A stretch of 64,000 nucleotides of DNA, from the NCBI RefSeq assembly GCF_003018115.1, contig NZ_CP027457.1. The stretch is one strand, 5' to 3'. The notes beneath the pieces are model-generated. The model saw only the letters and a list, made by a program, of their open reading frames with translations, ran no database searches and was not told where the DNA came from. The translations under genes were made by a program, and so were the position numbers. Source of the stretch: Escherichia coli. GTDB lineage: Bacteria > Pseudomonadota > Gammaproteobacteria > Enterobacterales > Enterobacteriaceae. Shown piece after piece: positions 33,836-43,573 of this stretch (the first letter of the stretch is position 1; each line of letters begins with the position of its first letter).

Positions 33836-33901
33836 TTTAGGAAGCTTGTGTTTTTGTCGCCTGGATAAGACACGTCAGCGTCCTACCCGGCAATTTGCAT
33901 C

Positions 33902-34309
33902 CTATGTGTTCATCATCTTGCGCACCAGCTGCACAAACAGCTCCTGCTCTTCTGCACTCAAACGCCCCAAAAATTCCTCATCCACGCTGTCACCAATCGG
34001 TATCGCCGCAGCAAGTATCTTTTCTCCTTCGGCAGTCAGCCAGACAAAGCGTCGCCGCTTATCAGCGGCGTCATGTTCACGTCTGACTAAGCCACGATTC
34101 TCCATTCTTGCCAACATTTCTGCCAACGTTGCTTTGGTGCTGACTGCTGCTTCTATCAGTGCCACCTGTTCGATACCAGGCTTATCAGCAATGGCGCGCA
34201 TCACCGCATACTGTGGTTTGGTCAGGTCAGGTAACTCGTGCTGCCAGCGAGCCGTGTGCTGCTGAAAAAGTTGTCGTAACAGATGGAACGCTTTATTTCG
34301 TAACGCCAT
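33902..34309 (-). CDS. hosA: MarR/SlyA-family transcriptional regulator HosA
   Basis: 135 aa from Met 34309 (SD ggag 6 nt upstream); winged-helix MarR signature; divergent from ecdB. ORF track start 34342 is an alternative. Confidence 0.8.
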   Translation of the reverse strand: MALRNKAFHLLRQLFQQHTARWQHELPDLTKPQYAVMRAIADKPGIEQVALIEAAVSTKATLAEMLARMENRGLVRREHDAADKRRRFVWLTAEGEKILAAAIPIGDSVDEEFLGRLSAEEQELFVQLVRKMMNT

Positions 34310-34424
34310 GTAAACTCCGGGCAAACTATCTGCCGCTATCATAGCGGTTTTTCAGTGACGAAGGGGATGTTGTTACTTTTCAGTGCTTGCCGCAATGAGA
34401 ACAGAGGCGTATTTTAATAATAAC

Positions 34425-34438
34425 GTTCGTATACGAAC
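34425..34438. promoter_or_regulatory. Perfect 14-bp palindrome in the hosA-ecdB intergenic region (candidate HosA operator)
   Basis: gttcgtatacgaac, 18 bp upstream of the ecdB start. Confidence 0.45.
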
Positions 34439-34455
34439 AATTAAGAGAATAAGCA

Positions 34456-35049
34456 ATGAAACTGATCGTCGGGATGACAGGGGCTACCGGTGCGCCTCTT
34501 GGTGTGGCATTACTGCAAGCGCTGCGGGAGATGCCGAATGTCGAGACTCATCTGGTGATGTCGAAGTGGGCGAAAACCACCATTGAACTGGAAACGCCTT
34601 ACAGCGCTCGCGATGTTGCTGCCCTCGCAGACTTCAGCCATAACCCGGCGGATCAGGCGGCGACCATCTCCTCAGGTTCCTTTCGTACCGACGGCATGAT
34701 CGTTATTCCGTGCAGTATGAAAACGCTCGCCGGTATCCGCGCTGGTTACGCCGATGGCCTGGTAGGGCGCGCGGCGGACGTCGTGCTCAAAGAAGGCCGC
34801 AAACTGGTGCTGGTGCCGCGTGAAATGCCGCTTAGCACCATCCATCTCGAAAATATGCTCGCACTTTCACGCATGGGCGTGGCGATGGTGCCGCCGATGC
34901 CTGCCTTTTATAACCATCCCGAAACGGTAGATGACATTGTCCACCATGTGGTAGCCCGCGTGCTGGATCAATTTGGCCTCGAACATCCCCACGCCAGGCG
35001 CTGGCAAGGGTTGCCGCAGGCCCGGAATTTTTCTCAGGAGAATGAATAA
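34456..35049 (+). CDS. ecdB: UbiX-like flavin prenyltransferase (Pad1 / phenolic acid decarboxylase subunit B)
   Basis: 197 aa; MKLIVGMTGATGAPLGV flavoprotein motif. Confidence 0.88.
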   Translation: MKLIVGMTGATGAPLGVALLQALREMPNVETHLVMSKWAKTTIELETPYSARDVAALADFSHNPADQAATISSGSFRTDGMIVIPCSMKTLAGIRAGYADGLVGRAADVVLKEGRKLVLVPREMPLSTIHLENMLALSRMGVAMVPPMPAFYNHPETVDDIVHHVVARVLDQFGLEHPHARRWQGLPQARNFSQENE

Positions 35050-36476
35050 TGGCATTTGATGATTTACGCAGCTTTTTACAGGCGCTTGATGACCACGGCC
35101 AGTTACTGAAAATCAGCGAAGAGGTGAACGCGGAACCGGATCTGGCTGCCGCTGCCAACGCCACCGGGCGTATCGGCGATGGTGCACCGGCGCTGTGGTT
35201 TGATAATATTCGCGGCTTTACCGATGCCCGCGTGGCGATGAATACCATCGGTTCCTGGCAGAACCACGCGATTTCCCTCGGCCTGCCACCAAACACCCCG
35301 GTCAAAAAGCAGATTGATGAGTTTATCCGCCGCTGGGATAACTTCCCGATTGCCCCGGAGCGCCGCGCCAATCCTGCCTGGGCGCAGAACACCGTCGATG
35401 GTGACGAGATTAATCTGTTCGATATCCTGCCGCTGTTTCGTTTAAACGACGGTGATGGCGGTTTCTATCTCGACAAAGCCTGCGTGGTTTCCCGCGATCC
35501 GCTCGACCCAGATAACTTCGGCAAGCAGAACGTCGGCATCTACCGCATGGAAGTGAAGGGCAAGCGTAAGCTCGGCCTGCAACCGGTGCCGATGCACGAT
35601 ATCGCCCTGCATCTGCATAAAGCAGAAGAGCGCGGTGAAGATCTGCCGGTTGCGATCACGCTCGGTAACGATCCGATCATCACGCTGATGGGGGCCACGC
35701 CGCTGAAATACGATCAGTCTGAGTATGAAATGGCAGGCGCGCTGCGTGAAAGCCCGTACCCGATCGCCACCGCCCCGCTGACCGGTTTTGATGTGCCGTG
35801 GGGTTCAGAAGTGATCCTCGAAGGGGTCATCGAAAGCCGTAAACGCGAAATTGAAGGGCCGTTCGGTGAGTTTACCGGGCACTACTCCGGCGGGCGCAAC
35901 ATGACCGTGGTGCGCATCGATAAAGTCTCTTACCGCACCAGGCCGATTTTCGAATCGCTGTACCTCGGCATGCCGTGGACCGAAATCGACTACCTGATGG
36001 GGCCAGCCACCTGTGTGCCGCTGTATCAACAACTGAAAGCCGAGTTCCCGGAAGTGCAGGCAGTAAACGCCATGTACACCCACGGCCTGCTGGCGATTAT
36101 CTCCACCAAAAAACGCTACGGCGGCTTTGCCCGCGCGGTGGGCCTGCGTGCGATGACCACGCCGCACGGTCTGGGCTACGTAAAGATGGTGATTATGGTC
36201 GATGAAGACGTTGACCCGTTCAACCTGCCGCAGGTGATGTGGGCGCTCTCCTCGAAAGTAAATCCGGCAGGGGATTTGGTGCAGTTGCCGAATATGTCCG
36301 TGCTGGAACTCGACCCTGGCTCAAGCCCGGCGGGGATCACCGACAAGCTGATTATCGACGCCACCACGCCTGTCGCCCCGGACAACCGTGGCCACTACAG
36401 CCAGCCGGTGGTGGATTTGCCGGAAACCAAAGCCTGGGCTGAAAAGCTGACCGCTATGCTGGCCGCACGTAAATAA
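35049..36476 (+). CDS. ecdC: UbiD-family decarboxylase (phenolic acid decarboxylase subunit C)
   Basis: 475 aa; UbiD-family size and operon context with ecdB/ecdD. Confidence 0.85.
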   Translation: MAFDDLRSFLQALDDHGQLLKISEEVNAEPDLAAAANATGRIGDGAPALWFDNIRGFTDARVAMNTIGSWQNHAISLGLPPNTPVKKQIDEFIRRWDNFPIAPERRANPAWAQNTVDGDEINLFDILPLFRLNDGDGGFYLDKACVVSRDPLDPDNFGKQNVGIYRMEVKGKRKLGLQPVPMHDIALHLHKAEERGEDLPVAITLGNDPIITLMGATPLKYDQSEYEMAGALRESPYPIATAPLTGFDVPWGSEVILEGVIESRKREIEGPFGEFTGHYSGGRNMTVVRIDKVSYRTRPIFESLYLGMPWTEIDYLMGPATCVPLYQQLKAEFPEVQAVNAMYTHGLLAIISTKKRYGGFARAVGLRAMTTPHGLGYVKMVIMVDEDVDPFNLPQVMWALSSKVNPAGDLVQLPNMSVLELDPGSSPAGITDKLIIDATTPVAPDNRGHYSQPVVDLPETKAWAEKLTAMLAARK

Positions 36477-36486
36477 GGAGAACAAG

Positions 36487-36723
36487 ATGATTTGTCCACG
36501 TTGTGCCGATGAACAGATTGAAGTGATGGCGAAATCGCCGGTGAAAGATGTCTGGACGGTATATCAGTGCCAGCATTGCCTTTATACCTGGCGCGATACC
36601 GAACCGCTGCGCCGTACCAGCCGCGAACATTATCCCGAAGCGTTCCGCATGACGCAGAAAGATATTGATGACGCGCCAATGGTGCCGAGCATCCCGCCGC
36701 TGCTGGCGGAAGGTAAGCGCTAA
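36487..36723 (+). CDS. ecdD: Phenolic acid decarboxylase small subunit D (zinc-ribbon)
   Basis: 78 aa; CPRC...CQHC zinc-ribbon cysteines. Confidence 0.8.
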   Translation: MICPRCADEQIEVMAKSPVKDVWTVYQCQHCLYTWRDTEPLRRTSREHYPEAFRMTQKDIDDAPMVPSIPPLLAEGKR

Positions 36724-36726
36724 ATA

Positions 36727-36757
36727 AAAGGTCCGATGCTCATCGGACCTTTTTATT
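36727..36757. terminator. Bidirectional terminator between ecdD and ygbN
   Basis: aaaggtccgatg-ctc-atcggaccttt followed by TTATT; A-rich on the other side. Confidence 0.7.
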
Positions 36758-36761
36758 AAGG

Positions 36762-38126
36762 TCAAATTACCGCCCATACGCACCAGGTAATTAAGAATCC
36801 GGTAAAACCGAGAATGGTCGTTAACACTGTCCAGGTTTTCAGACCGTCTGCTACCGACAACCCCAGATATTTGGTCACAATCCAGAACCCTGAGTCATTA
36901 ATATGTGACGCCCCAAGCCCACCAAAGCAGGCTGCCAGCGTCACCAATACGCACTGAATCGGATTCAATCCCATCACCGCTTCTGAGAGTAACCCGCCGG
37001 TTGTCAGTATTGCTACGGTTGCTGACCCCTGCGATGCACGCAGCGCCAGTGAAATAATAAATGCGGCTGGTAACAGAGGCAGGTCAATCATTTGTAACAT
37101 GTTGGCAAGGGCTTTGCCGACGCCCGATTCCACCAGCACTTTGCCAAATACCCCTCCAGCACCAGTAACCAAAATCACTACCGCCGCAGTAGGAAGCGCT
37201 GAGCCCATAATGTCGCTGGTGTGTTGTAAGCTCCAGCCGCGACGTAAAGCCAATAACCAGAATGCCAGCACCAGCGCAATCATTAGAGCTACCATTGGTG
37301 AGCCGATCAGCTGTAGCGTACCAAGCAGGGGATGCGAAGGCGGCATCAGTGTTGCGGAAACCGTACCCGCCATGATAATCGCGATAGGAATAACAATTAG
37401 CGAGGTGACCAGCGCGACGCCCGGTGGATTTATTTTATCGCTTAATTTTGTCGCGCCTTCCTCACTGGCCGGAGCCAGTTGCATCTGTTCCAGTACTTCC
37501 ACCGACATCGCATATTGGCGCTTATTGATTATTTTCGCTGCAAAGTAGCCAACAATCCCTACGGGAATAGAAATCGCAATACCGATGATGGTTAGCCAGC
37601 CGATGTCTGCGTGGAGTAACCCCGCTGCGGCGACAGGGCCTGGATGCGGCGGTACCGCCACATGTACAGTTAGCATGATCCCAGCGACAGGCAGGCCAAA
37701 TTTGAGTGGCGATATTTTGGCAACCTTGGCAAAACCGTAAATGATTGGCGCAAGAATAATAAAGCCGACATCAAAGAAGACGGGAATACCGAGGAAGAAC
37801 GCTGCCAGAGTCAGCGCAGCGATAGTTCGTTTGTCACCTAACTTGCGACTGAAATAATTAGCCAGTGACTCTGCACCACCAGAGTGTTCGATCATACGCC
37901 CCAGCATAGCGCCCAGACCAATAATAATAGTGACGGAACCAAGCACACCGCCCATCCCGGCGATCATCACTTTACCCACTTCGCCCGCCGGTATACCCGC
38001 CGCAAGTGCGACTAACAGGCTGACGAGGAGCAGAGCAACGAATGGTTGTACCTTTGCCTTGATGACCAGCAGCAACAGCATGATTACGCCAGTTAACGCA
38101 ATGCATAACAATGTAATTGTGGACAT
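36762..38126 (-). CDS. ygbN: GntP-family permease
   Basis: 454 aa polytopic membrane protein; synteny with ygbJKLM. Confidence 0.88.
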   Translation of the reverse strand: MSTITLLCIALTGVIMLLLLVIKAKVQPFVALLLVSLLVALAAGIPAGEVGKVMIAGMGGVLGSVTIIIGLGAMLGRMIEHSGGAESLANYFSRKLGDKRTIAALTLAAFFLGIPVFFDVGFIILAPIIYGFAKVAKISPLKFGLPVAGIMLTVHVAVPPHPGPVAAAGLLHADIGWLTIIGIAISIPVGIVGYFAAKIINKRQYAMSVEVLEQMQLAPASEEGATKLSDKINPPGVALVTSLIVIPIAIIMAGTVSATLMPPSHPLLGTLQLIGSPMVALMIALVLAFWLLALRRGWSLQHTSDIMGSALPTAAVVILVTGAGGVFGKVLVESGVGKALANMLQMIDLPLLPAAFIISLALRASQGSATVAILTTGGLLSEAVMGLNPIQCVLVTLAACFGGLGASHINDSGFWIVTKYLGLSVADGLKTWTVLTTILGFTGFLITWCVWAVI

Positions 38127-38214
38127 GGGAAACCCTGTCTGAAAGTTATAGTTAACCTACCCCATCCGTAGATGGGGGGATGTATGGGTACGTTGTAATT
38201 AGGGATTTAACGAA

Positions 38215-38991
38215 TTAGCGCCAGGCGTCAAACCAGCCAAGTCCTTCTTCGGTGAGGCCACGAGGTTTATATTCACAACCGATCCAGCCCTGATATCCCA
38301 CCTCATCGAACAGGCGGAACAGCCACGGATAGTTGATTTCTCCATCGTCCGGTTCATGTCGATCAGGTAGTCCGGCAATTTGTACGTGCGCATATTTCCC
38401 GGCGTAGTCGCGGATTAAATGCGTCAGGTTGCCATCTACTTTTTGCGCATGAAAAGTATCTAGTTGAATAAACACGTTATCTCGCGCAACTTCTTCAACA
38501 ATAGCCAGTGCCTGATACTGGCTGGAGAAGAGATAATGAGGCTTAACGCCGGGGCTGAGTGCTTCAACTAATATTCGCTTGCCGTGTGGCGCAAAGCGGT
38601 CGGCAGCGTAGCGGAGATTATCGATAAATACTGCCCGGTACCGTTCAGCATCTTCGCCAGCGGGCACGACGCCTGCCATTACATGGACTTGTTCACAATT
38701 GAGCTCCAATGCATATTCCAGTGCCAGGTCGATGTCTGCGTGTGCTTCGTGCTCACGTCCGGGAAGGGCGGATAATCCCCATTCCCCCGCATTAATATCT
38801 CCGGGAGCGGTATTGAACAGCGCCAGTGTCAGATGGTTTTGCTCCAGTTGCTTTTGGATTTGCAGGGTGGAGTAGTCATAGGGAAACAGAAATTCCACAG
38901 CATCGAACCCGGCTTTTCGCGCTGCGGCGAAGCGTTCAATAAAAGGAACTTCGGTGAACATCATGGATAAATTAGCTGCAAAACGAGGCAT
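38215..38991 (-). CDS. ygbM: 2-oxo-tetronate isomerase (hydroxypyruvate isomerase family)
   Basis: 258 aa; TIM-barrel xylose-isomerase-like; K-12 ygbM, renamed otnI. Confidence 0.88.
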   Translation of the reverse strand: MPRFAANLSMMFTEVPFIERFAAARKAGFDAVEFLFPYDYSTLQIQKQLEQNHLTLALFNTAPGDINAGEWGLSALPGREHEAHADIDLALEYALELNCEQVHVMAGVVPAGEDAERYRAVFIDNLRYAADRFAPHGKRILVEALSPGVKPHYLFSSQYQALAIVEEVARDNVFIQLDTFHAQKVDGNLTHLIRDYAGKYAHVQIAGLPDRHEPDDGEINYPWLFRLFDEVGYQGWIGCEYKPRGLTEEGLGWFDAWR

Positions 38992-38995
38992 TGCA

Positions 38996-39634
38996 TTAAC
39001 TCCTTAATTCCGCAATTTCACCTGCGGTCAGATAACGGATCGGGCGGTCACCGAGAATAAAAATCAGCTTTGCCGTTTCCTCCAGCTCTTCCATATTGTT
39101 GGCGGCTTCTTGCAGGCTTTCACCGCAAACCACTGGGCCATGATTTGCCAGTAAAAAAGCCTGATTGTCTGCTGCCAGTTCCGCCAGATCCTGTGCGATG
39201 CGTTTATCGCCCGGTCGGTAATAAGGCACCAGCGGGACATTTCCCATCCGCATCACCACGTATGGTGTGAACGGACGAATAACGTTGCTGCTGTCCAGCC
39301 CTTGCAGGCAGGAAAGCGCCGTCGACCATGTGCTGTGCAAATGCACCACCGCTTTACAGCGCGGATTGTTGCGATACAGCGCCAGATGAAAGAGCACCTC
39401 TTTCGAGGGTTTGTCACCACTTAACCATTCGCCATCCGCGGCGACTTTGGAAAGCCGCTGCGGATCGAGATTGCCCAGGCATGAACCTGTCGGTGTCGCC
39501 AGTAAATTCCCGTCAGGTAAAAGCAGCGACAGATTGCCAGCCGAACCGGTTGCATAGCCGCGCTGAAAGAATGAACTGGCAATCCGCGTCATCTCCTCTC
39601 GCAAAGACTGCTCTACTTTTGCGAAATCGCTCAT
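38996..39634 (-). CDS. ygbL: Class II aldolase/adducin family (3-oxo-tetronate 4-phosphate decarboxylase)
   Basis: 212 aa; K-12 ygbL, renamed otnC. Confidence 0.88.
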   Translation of the reverse strand: MSDFAKVEQSLREEMTRIASSFFQRGYATGSAGNLSLLLPDGNLLATPTGSCLGNLDPQRLSKVAADGEWLSGDKPSKEVLFHLALYRNNPRCKAVVHLHSTWSTALSCLQGLDSSNVIRPFTPYVVMRMGNVPLVPYYRPGDKRIAQDLAELAADNQAFLLANHGPVVCGESLQEAANNMEELEETAKLIFILGDRPIRYLTAGEIAELRS

Positions 39635-40893
39635 GATAAAAACTCTCTTTGGGCTCGTGAAAAAAAGGCTTCATCACCGAAGTTGCCAGATTTAAGGGCG
39701 AGTGAGACAGGCTTATCCAGTGCGTTTACCCACGGCACGCCGGGGGAAATGGTTGGGCCAATATGAAACCCTTTTATTCCCAGGCTCTGTGTGACTACGC
39801 CGGAGGTCTCACCGCCTGCGACAATAAAGCGTGTCACGCCTTCCGCTGCTAACCGCGCCGCTAGTTGAGAAAACAGTGTTTCTACTGCCTGACTGGCTTT
39901 TTGTGCACCGTATTGCTGTTGAATTGCTGCCAATGCGTCAGTGCTGGCGGTGGCAAAAACCAGTGGAGCAAGTACACTTTCCTGGCCCAGAACCCACTCT
40001 GCCAGTTCGTGTGCATAAGCGGCCAGAGTTTCAATTGAGAGGCAGCGTGCCACATCAACTTCACGGGCTGGTGCAATTTGACGGTAATGTGCCACCTGGC
40101 GGTTGGTCATTTGAGAGCATGAACCGGAGAGCACTACGCCGCGCCCAGCGAGCGGATGCCCTGCTTTGCGAGCCTGGTTACCGTTTTCTTGCGCCCACTG
40201 CCGGGCCAGGCCAATCGCCAGACCAGAACCGCCCGTTACCAGTGGGGCATCGCGCAAGGCTTCTCCCTGAATTTCCAGATGGTGTTCGGTCAGCGCATCA
40301 AGCACCGCGTAGCGGTAGCCCTCTTGCTGTAAGCGAGCCAGCTCTTGACGAACGGCATCCACACCTTGTTCGAAAACATGTGCCGAAACGACGCCGCAGC
40401 GCCCTGTGGATTGCGCTTCAACCAGACGGGGAAGATAGCTGTCGGTCATGGGATTTACCGGGTGATGGCGCATCCCGGATTCGGCCAGCAGTTGATTCAT
40501 TACGAACAAATACCCCTGATAAACCGTACGTCCGTTGACCGGCAGGGCCGGAGAGAAGACCGTAAACGGCGTGTCGAGAGCATCCATTAATGCATCGGTA
40601 ACCGGGCCGATATTACCTTTAGCCGTACTGTCGAAAGTAGAGCAGTATTTGAAATAGATCTGTTTGCAACCTTGCTGTTGCAACCAGCTCAGAGCCGCCA
40701 GCGATTGCTGTGTGGCTTCAACCACCGGACAGGAGCGCGTTTTCAGGCTGATCACCAGTGCGTCGATTGCTTCCGGCATTTTACCTGTTGGAACACCGTT
40801 AATTTGTACCGTTGGTAGACCGTTTTCCACCAGAAAACTGGCGATATCCGTCGCGCCGGTAAAATCATCGGCGATAACGCCAATCTTGATCAT
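39631..40893 (-). CDS. ygbK: 3-oxo-tetronate kinase (four-carbon acid sugar kinase family)
   Basis: 420 aa; MIKIGVIADDFTGATD; K-12 ygbK, renamed otnK. Confidence 0.88.
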   Translation of the reverse strand: MIKIGVIADDFTGATDIASFLVENGLPTVQINGVPTGKMPEAIDALVISLKTRSCPVVEATQQSLAALSWLQQQGCKQIYFKYCSTFDSTAKGNIGPVTDALMDALDTPFTVFSPALPVNGRTVYQGYLFVMNQLLAESGMRHHPVNPMTDSYLPRLVEAQSTGRCGVVSAHVFEQGVDAVRQELARLQQEGYRYAVLDALTEHHLEIQGEALRDAPLVTGGSGLAIGLARQWAQENGNQARKAGHPLAGRGVVLSGSCSQMTNRQVAHYRQIAPAREVDVARCLSIETLAAYAHELAEWVLGQESVLAPLVFATASTDALAAIQQQYGAQKASQAVETLFSQLAARLAAEGVTRFIVAGGETSGVVTQSLGIKGFHIGPTISPGVPWVNALDKPVSLALKSGNFGDEAFFSRAQREFLS

Positions 40894-41798
40894 GATTTCG
40901 CTCCCGGTAGAGTGATGCCAGAGAAAATCTTGATAACTGCGCTATCGTCTTCTTTCCCGTAACCCGCGTTACTGGCGCTGGTGAACATATTCAATGCTGT
41001 TGAGGCCAATGGCAGCGGGAAGTGCAGGGCTTTGGCTGTATCGGCAACCAGACCAAGATCCTTAACAAAAATATCGACGGCTGAATGCGGGGTGTAATCG
41101 CCATCCACCACATGACGCATCCGGTTTTCGAACATCCAGGAATTTCCGGCGGCATTGGTCACGACGTCATACATCACATCCAGCGGAATCCCCGCGCGGG
41201 CTGCAAGTGCCATCGCTTCGGCTCCGGCAGCAATATGTACGCCCGCTAACAACTGGTGAATAATTTTTACGGTCGAACCTAGTCCCGGTTCTGCACCTAT
41301 GCGATAAACTTTTCCGGCAACGGCTTCCAGCACGGGTGCCAGTCGTTCAAAGGCAATATCGCTACCGGAGGCCATGACAGTCATTTCACCGTTAGCGGCT
41401 TTTACTGCACCACCAGAAACTGGCGCATCCAGCATTTCCAGATCGAATCCAGCCAGAGCGGTAGCAATTTCTTGCGCATCAGCACTAGCAATAGTGGAAG
41501 AAACCATTACTGCCGTACCGGGTTTCAGATGTTGTGCAACGCCTGTTTCACCAAACAGCACCTGTTTAACCTGGGCCGCATTGACCACCAGCACCAGCAG
41601 AGCGTCCAGTTTTTCGGCAAACGTCGCGGCGTTATCAGAAACCCCGCAAGCACCTGCCTCTTTCAACGTAGCGCAGGCATTGCTGTTCAGATCTGCGCCC
41701 CAGGTAGAAAGACCTGCGCGGACACATGACAGTGCTGCTCCCATTCCCATTGACCCTAAGCCAACGATACCGACATGAAACTCAGATCCCGTTTTCAT
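40890..41798 (-). CDS. ygbJ: L-threonate dehydrogenase (3-hydroxyisobutyrate dehydrogenase family)
   Basis: 302 aa; NAD-binding GLGSMGMGAA; K-12 ygbJ, renamed ltnD. Confidence 0.88.
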   Translation of the reverse strand: MKTGSEFHVGIVGLGSMGMGAALSCVRAGLSTWGADLNSNACATLKEAGACGVSDNAATFAEKLDALLVLVVNAAQVKQVLFGETGVAQHLKPGTAVMVSSTIASADAQEIATALAGFDLEMLDAPVSGGAVKAANGEMTVMASGSDIAFERLAPVLEAVAGKVYRIGAEPGLGSTVKIIHQLLAGVHIAAGAEAMALAARAGIPLDVMYDVVTNAAGNSWMFENRMRHVVDGDYTPHSAVDIFVKDLGLVADTAKALHFPLPLASTALNMFTSASNAGYGKEDDSAVIKIFSGITLPGAKS

Positions 41799-41993
41799 CT
41801 GCTCTCCTTGTTAATTTAAGTGATATTTTGTTTGATATTGTGAATATAAGCGCTGGAAGATAACGATATGGTGAGCTGATTCACAAAAATTAACATTGTG
41901 TGTTATTTTATGTGAACTAAGCGTTAGTTGCGCCGCGCACGTTTCGCAGGCAAATAGCGTAGAATGTCAGCAGGACAAAGGAAGGAGCAAAAG

Positions 41994-42761
41994 TTGATAC
42001 CCGTAGAGCGTCGCCAAATCATCCTTGAGATGGTAGCTGAAAAAGGCATTGTCAGTATTGCTGAACTAACGGACAGAATGAATGTGTCACATATGACCAT
42101 TCGTCGGGATTTACAAAAACTGGAGCAGCAGGGAGCCGTTGTGCTGGTGTCCGGAGGCGTCCAGTCTCCGGGACGCGTGGCGCATGAACCTTCTCATCAG
42201 GTAAAAACTGCGCTGGCAATGACGCAAAAAGCGGCTATTGGCAAGCTGGCGGCAAGTCTTGTTCAGCCGGGAAGTTGTATCTATCTGGATGCGGGAACGA
42301 CCACGTTAGCGATAGCACAGCATCTGATTCACATGGAGTCACTGACTGTGGTCACAAACGATTTCGTTATTGCGGACTACTTACTCGACAACAGTAATTG
42401 CACAATTATTCACACTGGCGGTGCAGTGTGTCGGGAAAACCGTTCCTGTGTCGGGGAAGCCGCTGCGACCATGCTGCGCAGCCTGATGATTGATCAGGCT
42501 TTTATTTCTGCATCGTCATGGAGTGTGCGGGGGATTTCTACGCCAGCGGAAGATAAAGTCACGGTGAAACGGGCGATTGCCAGTGCCAGCCGCCAGCGAG
42601 TTTTGGTCTGTGATGCGACGAAATATGGTCAGGTGGCGACATGGCTGGCGTTACCATTAAGCGAGTTTGATCAGATTATTACAGACGACGGTTTGCCGGA
42701 GAGTGCCAGTCGCGTGCTGGCGAAGCAGGATCTCTCTTTGCTGGTAGCGAAAAATGAATAA
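41994..42761 (+). CDS. ygbI: DeoR-family transcriptional regulator
   Basis: 255 aa from TTG 41994 (SD aaggag 6 nt upstream); the ATG at 41964 has no SD. Confidence 0.8.
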   Translation: MIPVERRQIILEMVAEKGIVSIAELTDRMNVSHMTIRRDLQKLEQQGAVVLVSGGVQSPGRVAHEPSHQVKTALAMTQKAAIGKLAASLVQPGSCIYLDAGTTTLAIAQHLIHMESLTVVTNDFVIADYLLDNSNCTIIHTGGAVCRENRSCVGEAAATMLRSLMIDQAFISASSWSVRGISTPAEDKVTVKRAIASASRQRVLVCDATKYGQVATWLALPLSEFDQIITDDGLPESASRVLAKQDLSLLVAKNE

Positions 42762-42784
42762 TGGCCTGCAATAACACCGGGTTA

Positions 42785-42824
42785 CTCATGCTTCACAGAA
42801 GAAGCATGAGACTACTTTATTTTA
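42785..42824. terminator. Bidirectional terminator between ygbI and pphB
   Basis: ctcatgcttc-acagaa-gaagcatgag followed by actactttattttat. Confidence 0.65.
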
Positions 42825-43468
42825 TAAAATGACAGCCACCCACTTTTCGGCGATCCGGTATCAATATAAATCTGGTTAGCGAACGTCTGAATGTTATCAA
42901 ACATCATATGTCCAAATATAAAATAATCAGCGCCGTTTATTTGTTGTAACTCGCCATTTAGCGATTTCTGCACACGATCAACAGGCCAGAGTAATTCGAT
43001 CTCCGCTATTTCTTTACCAAAGAGATATTCATTCCCCGGATAATCTGCATGTGTGATGACATATTTTATGTTGTCGTTAGTGATTTCAATAATATGTGGA
43101 AGTTGATGAAATTTCAGCAACAGATCTATTGCCTCTTGTTGCTCTGAATCATTTAAATCGAAAAACCAGTCACCACCGCTGGCAAGCCACATATTGCCAT
43201 CGCCGGTCGCGAACGCATCCAGCGCCATTGCTTCGTGGTTGCCTTTAACGGAGATAAACCAGGGCTGGTTTAGCAGGCGCAGGACGTTAAGACTCTCCGG
43301 CCCACGATCAATATTATCGCCGACAGAAATAAGTAAGTCGGTTTCGGGGAAAAAAGAGAGTTGATGTAAGCGGGATTGTAATAACTGATATTCACCATGA
43401 ATATCACCAACGACCCATATATGGCGATAGTGATGGGCATTGATTTTTTGATAGCGTGTAGATGGCAT
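42812..43468 (-). CDS. pphB: Serine/threonine protein phosphatase 2
   Basis: 218 aa; calcineurin-like metallophosphatase motifs (GDIHG, GDNIDRG, GNHE). Confidence 0.92.
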   Translation of the reverse strand: MPSTRYQKINAHHYRHIWVVGDIHGEYQLLQSRLHQLSFFPETDLLISVGDNIDRGPESLNVLRLLNQPWFISVKGNHEAMALDAFATGDGNMWLASGGDWFFDLNDSEQQEAIDLLLKFHQLPHIIEITNDNIKYVITHADYPGNEYLFGKEIAEIELLWPVDRVQKSLNGELQQINGADYFIFGHMMFDNIQTFANQIYIDTGSPKSGWLSFYKIK

Positions 43469-43573
43469 GGTTTTACCCTGTAAAATAAGCTTTCCTATTA
43501 TACATGGTATTTTTATTTGATTCGTCAGCTGTAGATAATATTCCCGATAGTATTTTTCTACCGGGAATTATAA

